This document shows, piece after piece, positions 62,552 through 64,000 of a DNA stretch of 64,000 nt. Source of the stretch: Mustelus asterias (lineage: Eukaryota); the NCBI RefSeq assembly GCF_964213995.1, contig NW_027590224.1, positions 310,001 to 374,000 of the forward strand, read 5' to 3'. The position numbers and the translations under genes were made by a program. Within the stretch, counting starts at the first letter, position 1. Each line of letters opens with the position of its first letter. The notes under the pieces are model-generated. The model made no database searches and was not told where the DNA came from. It worked only from the letters and a program-made list of their open reading frames with translations.

Positions 62552-63288
62552 CTGGAAAGTAAAGTTCACCCATTAAATATATCTCACAGCAGAGGCCAGG
62601 ATATTGGAGTTTGGTTTGTAGTAATCCAGCAGGTCCAACCTCGTCCACGGCTGGAATTATCCAGTCCTGCTGTTGTGAATGGAGATTTGATTGAGCACCA
62701 AATTCTCCATTCTCAACGGCAGTACGTGAGACCGGAGAATCCCAGCCCGACTCTTCGTATCACCCCATCACCGCTTCCGTCCATACCTTTCCCCCAATGC
62801 GGTTTATATCCAATTCTTCTCAACTGCATTCATATTATTCATTCTCTCCCTGTATCCTAGCCTTGTAGCAATTCAAAGCTCTTCTGTAAGAATTTTTGTT
62901 CACTAGTTTAGGGAAAAACAGCAGCATGTTTAATGACAGGTAAAGGCTGTACAGAGGCTGGCAGCCTCATGGCTGCAGTCAGCTCCCAAGGTTGTTCTGG
63001 AACACCTGCTTACCAGGGTGATGTCCCAGCTTGCTCCCCAATTGGTTCATGTGACCCTTACCCTGCAGAATGATCCTTAAAGGGACAATCACCACTCCCG
63101 CTCATTACCATATCCGTGTCAACTCCAAACTAATCCGGGGGTGGGGGCGGGGGGCCACGGGATCAGGATATTGAATTTGATGATCAGCCATGATCATAAT
63201 GAATGGTGGAGGCTGATTCGAAGGGCTGAATGGCCTCCTCCTGCTTCTATTTTCTATGTATGTCAGCAATGTTTGAAATGTTGTTTAC

Positions 63289-63366
63289 CTGAATGAGAGT
63301 TGTGCCTTGCATGCCCCTCTCCTGTACTTGCTGATCGTGTTTCTTTAGGAGATGAAGTTGAATTTT
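63289..63366 (-). CDS. 78-bp Ser/Thr-rich linker exon, copy 1
   Basis: Near-identical duplicate (Q>H) inside a ~260-bp block repeated at an 815-bp offset. Confidence 0.65.
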
Positions 63367-63747
63367 CTGGAAAGTAAAGTTCACCCATTAAATATATCTC
63401 ACAGCAGAGGCCAGGTTTGATTGAGTTTGGTTTGTACAAATCTAGCAGGTCTGAACCCATGGCCTTTACAAAACACAACTTATCTTCTGTCTGCCGCTTT
63501 CCAGGTTGGGGGGAGGGTGGGGGGGGGGGCGGAGTGCTGTCACTGGAAACACTTTCTCCTTATTTATTCTATCCAAACCCCTCATGATTTTGAACGCCTC
63601 AATTAAATCTCCTCCTTAATTTTCTCAGCTCTGAGGAGAACAATCCCAGCTTCTCCAGTATCTCCACATTAACTGAAGTACCTCATCCCTGGGAATATTC
63701 GAGTAAATCCATACTGCACCCTCTGCAATGACTTTGCGTTTGAGTTT

Positions 63748-64000
63748 GGACAGCACGGTGTCACAGTGGTTAGCACAGCTGCCTCACAGTGCCAGGGACC
63801 CGGGTTTGATTCCTGGCTTGGGTCCTGGGAACGTGGGGCTTGTACATTTTCTCCATGTCTGCGTGGGTTTCCTCCGGGTGCTCTGGTTTCCTCCCACACT
63901 CCAAAGATGTGCGGGTTAGGTGGATCGAACATGTTAAATTGCCCTTTAGTGTCAGGGGGCTAGCTGGGATAAATGCATGGGGATAGGGCCTGGGTGGGAT
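63748..64000 (+). mobile_element. V-SINE, runs off the window end
   Basis: tRNA head (CACAGTGGTTAGCACAGCTGCCTCACAG) and V core. Confidence 0.85.

Overview
This 64-kb window is repeat-rich vertebrate genomic DNA. Its repeats (V-SINEs, DeuSINEs, CR1, Rex1/Babar, Penelope, Gmr1-type Gypsy, Harbinger) point to a cartilaginous fish, probably a shark; that is inference. Most of the window is nested transposon debris and minisatellites. Two partial, convergent Ig-superfamily receptor genes are present. On + is a Siglec/MAG/CD22-like gene with a frameshifted Ig exon, a TM exon and two tail exons with decayed ITIM/ITSM-like motifs. On - is a B7-family-like gene with two duplicated Ser/Thr linker exons, an IgV exon and a TM exon. 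The standout feature is a Gmr1-type Gypsy LTR retrotransposon (about 5880-14760) whose RT/RNase H region is replaced by an intron-less mosaic of cellular mRNA fragments: ODF2-like, MEIOB-like and EPB41L3-like. The EPB41L3-like piece has its exons in scrambled order, as expected for a circular-RNA back-splice junction. Several Penelope-derived insertions carry minimal hammerhead ribozymes with compensatory base changes. Gene identities come from my own translation and recalled protein sequences, not from database searches.
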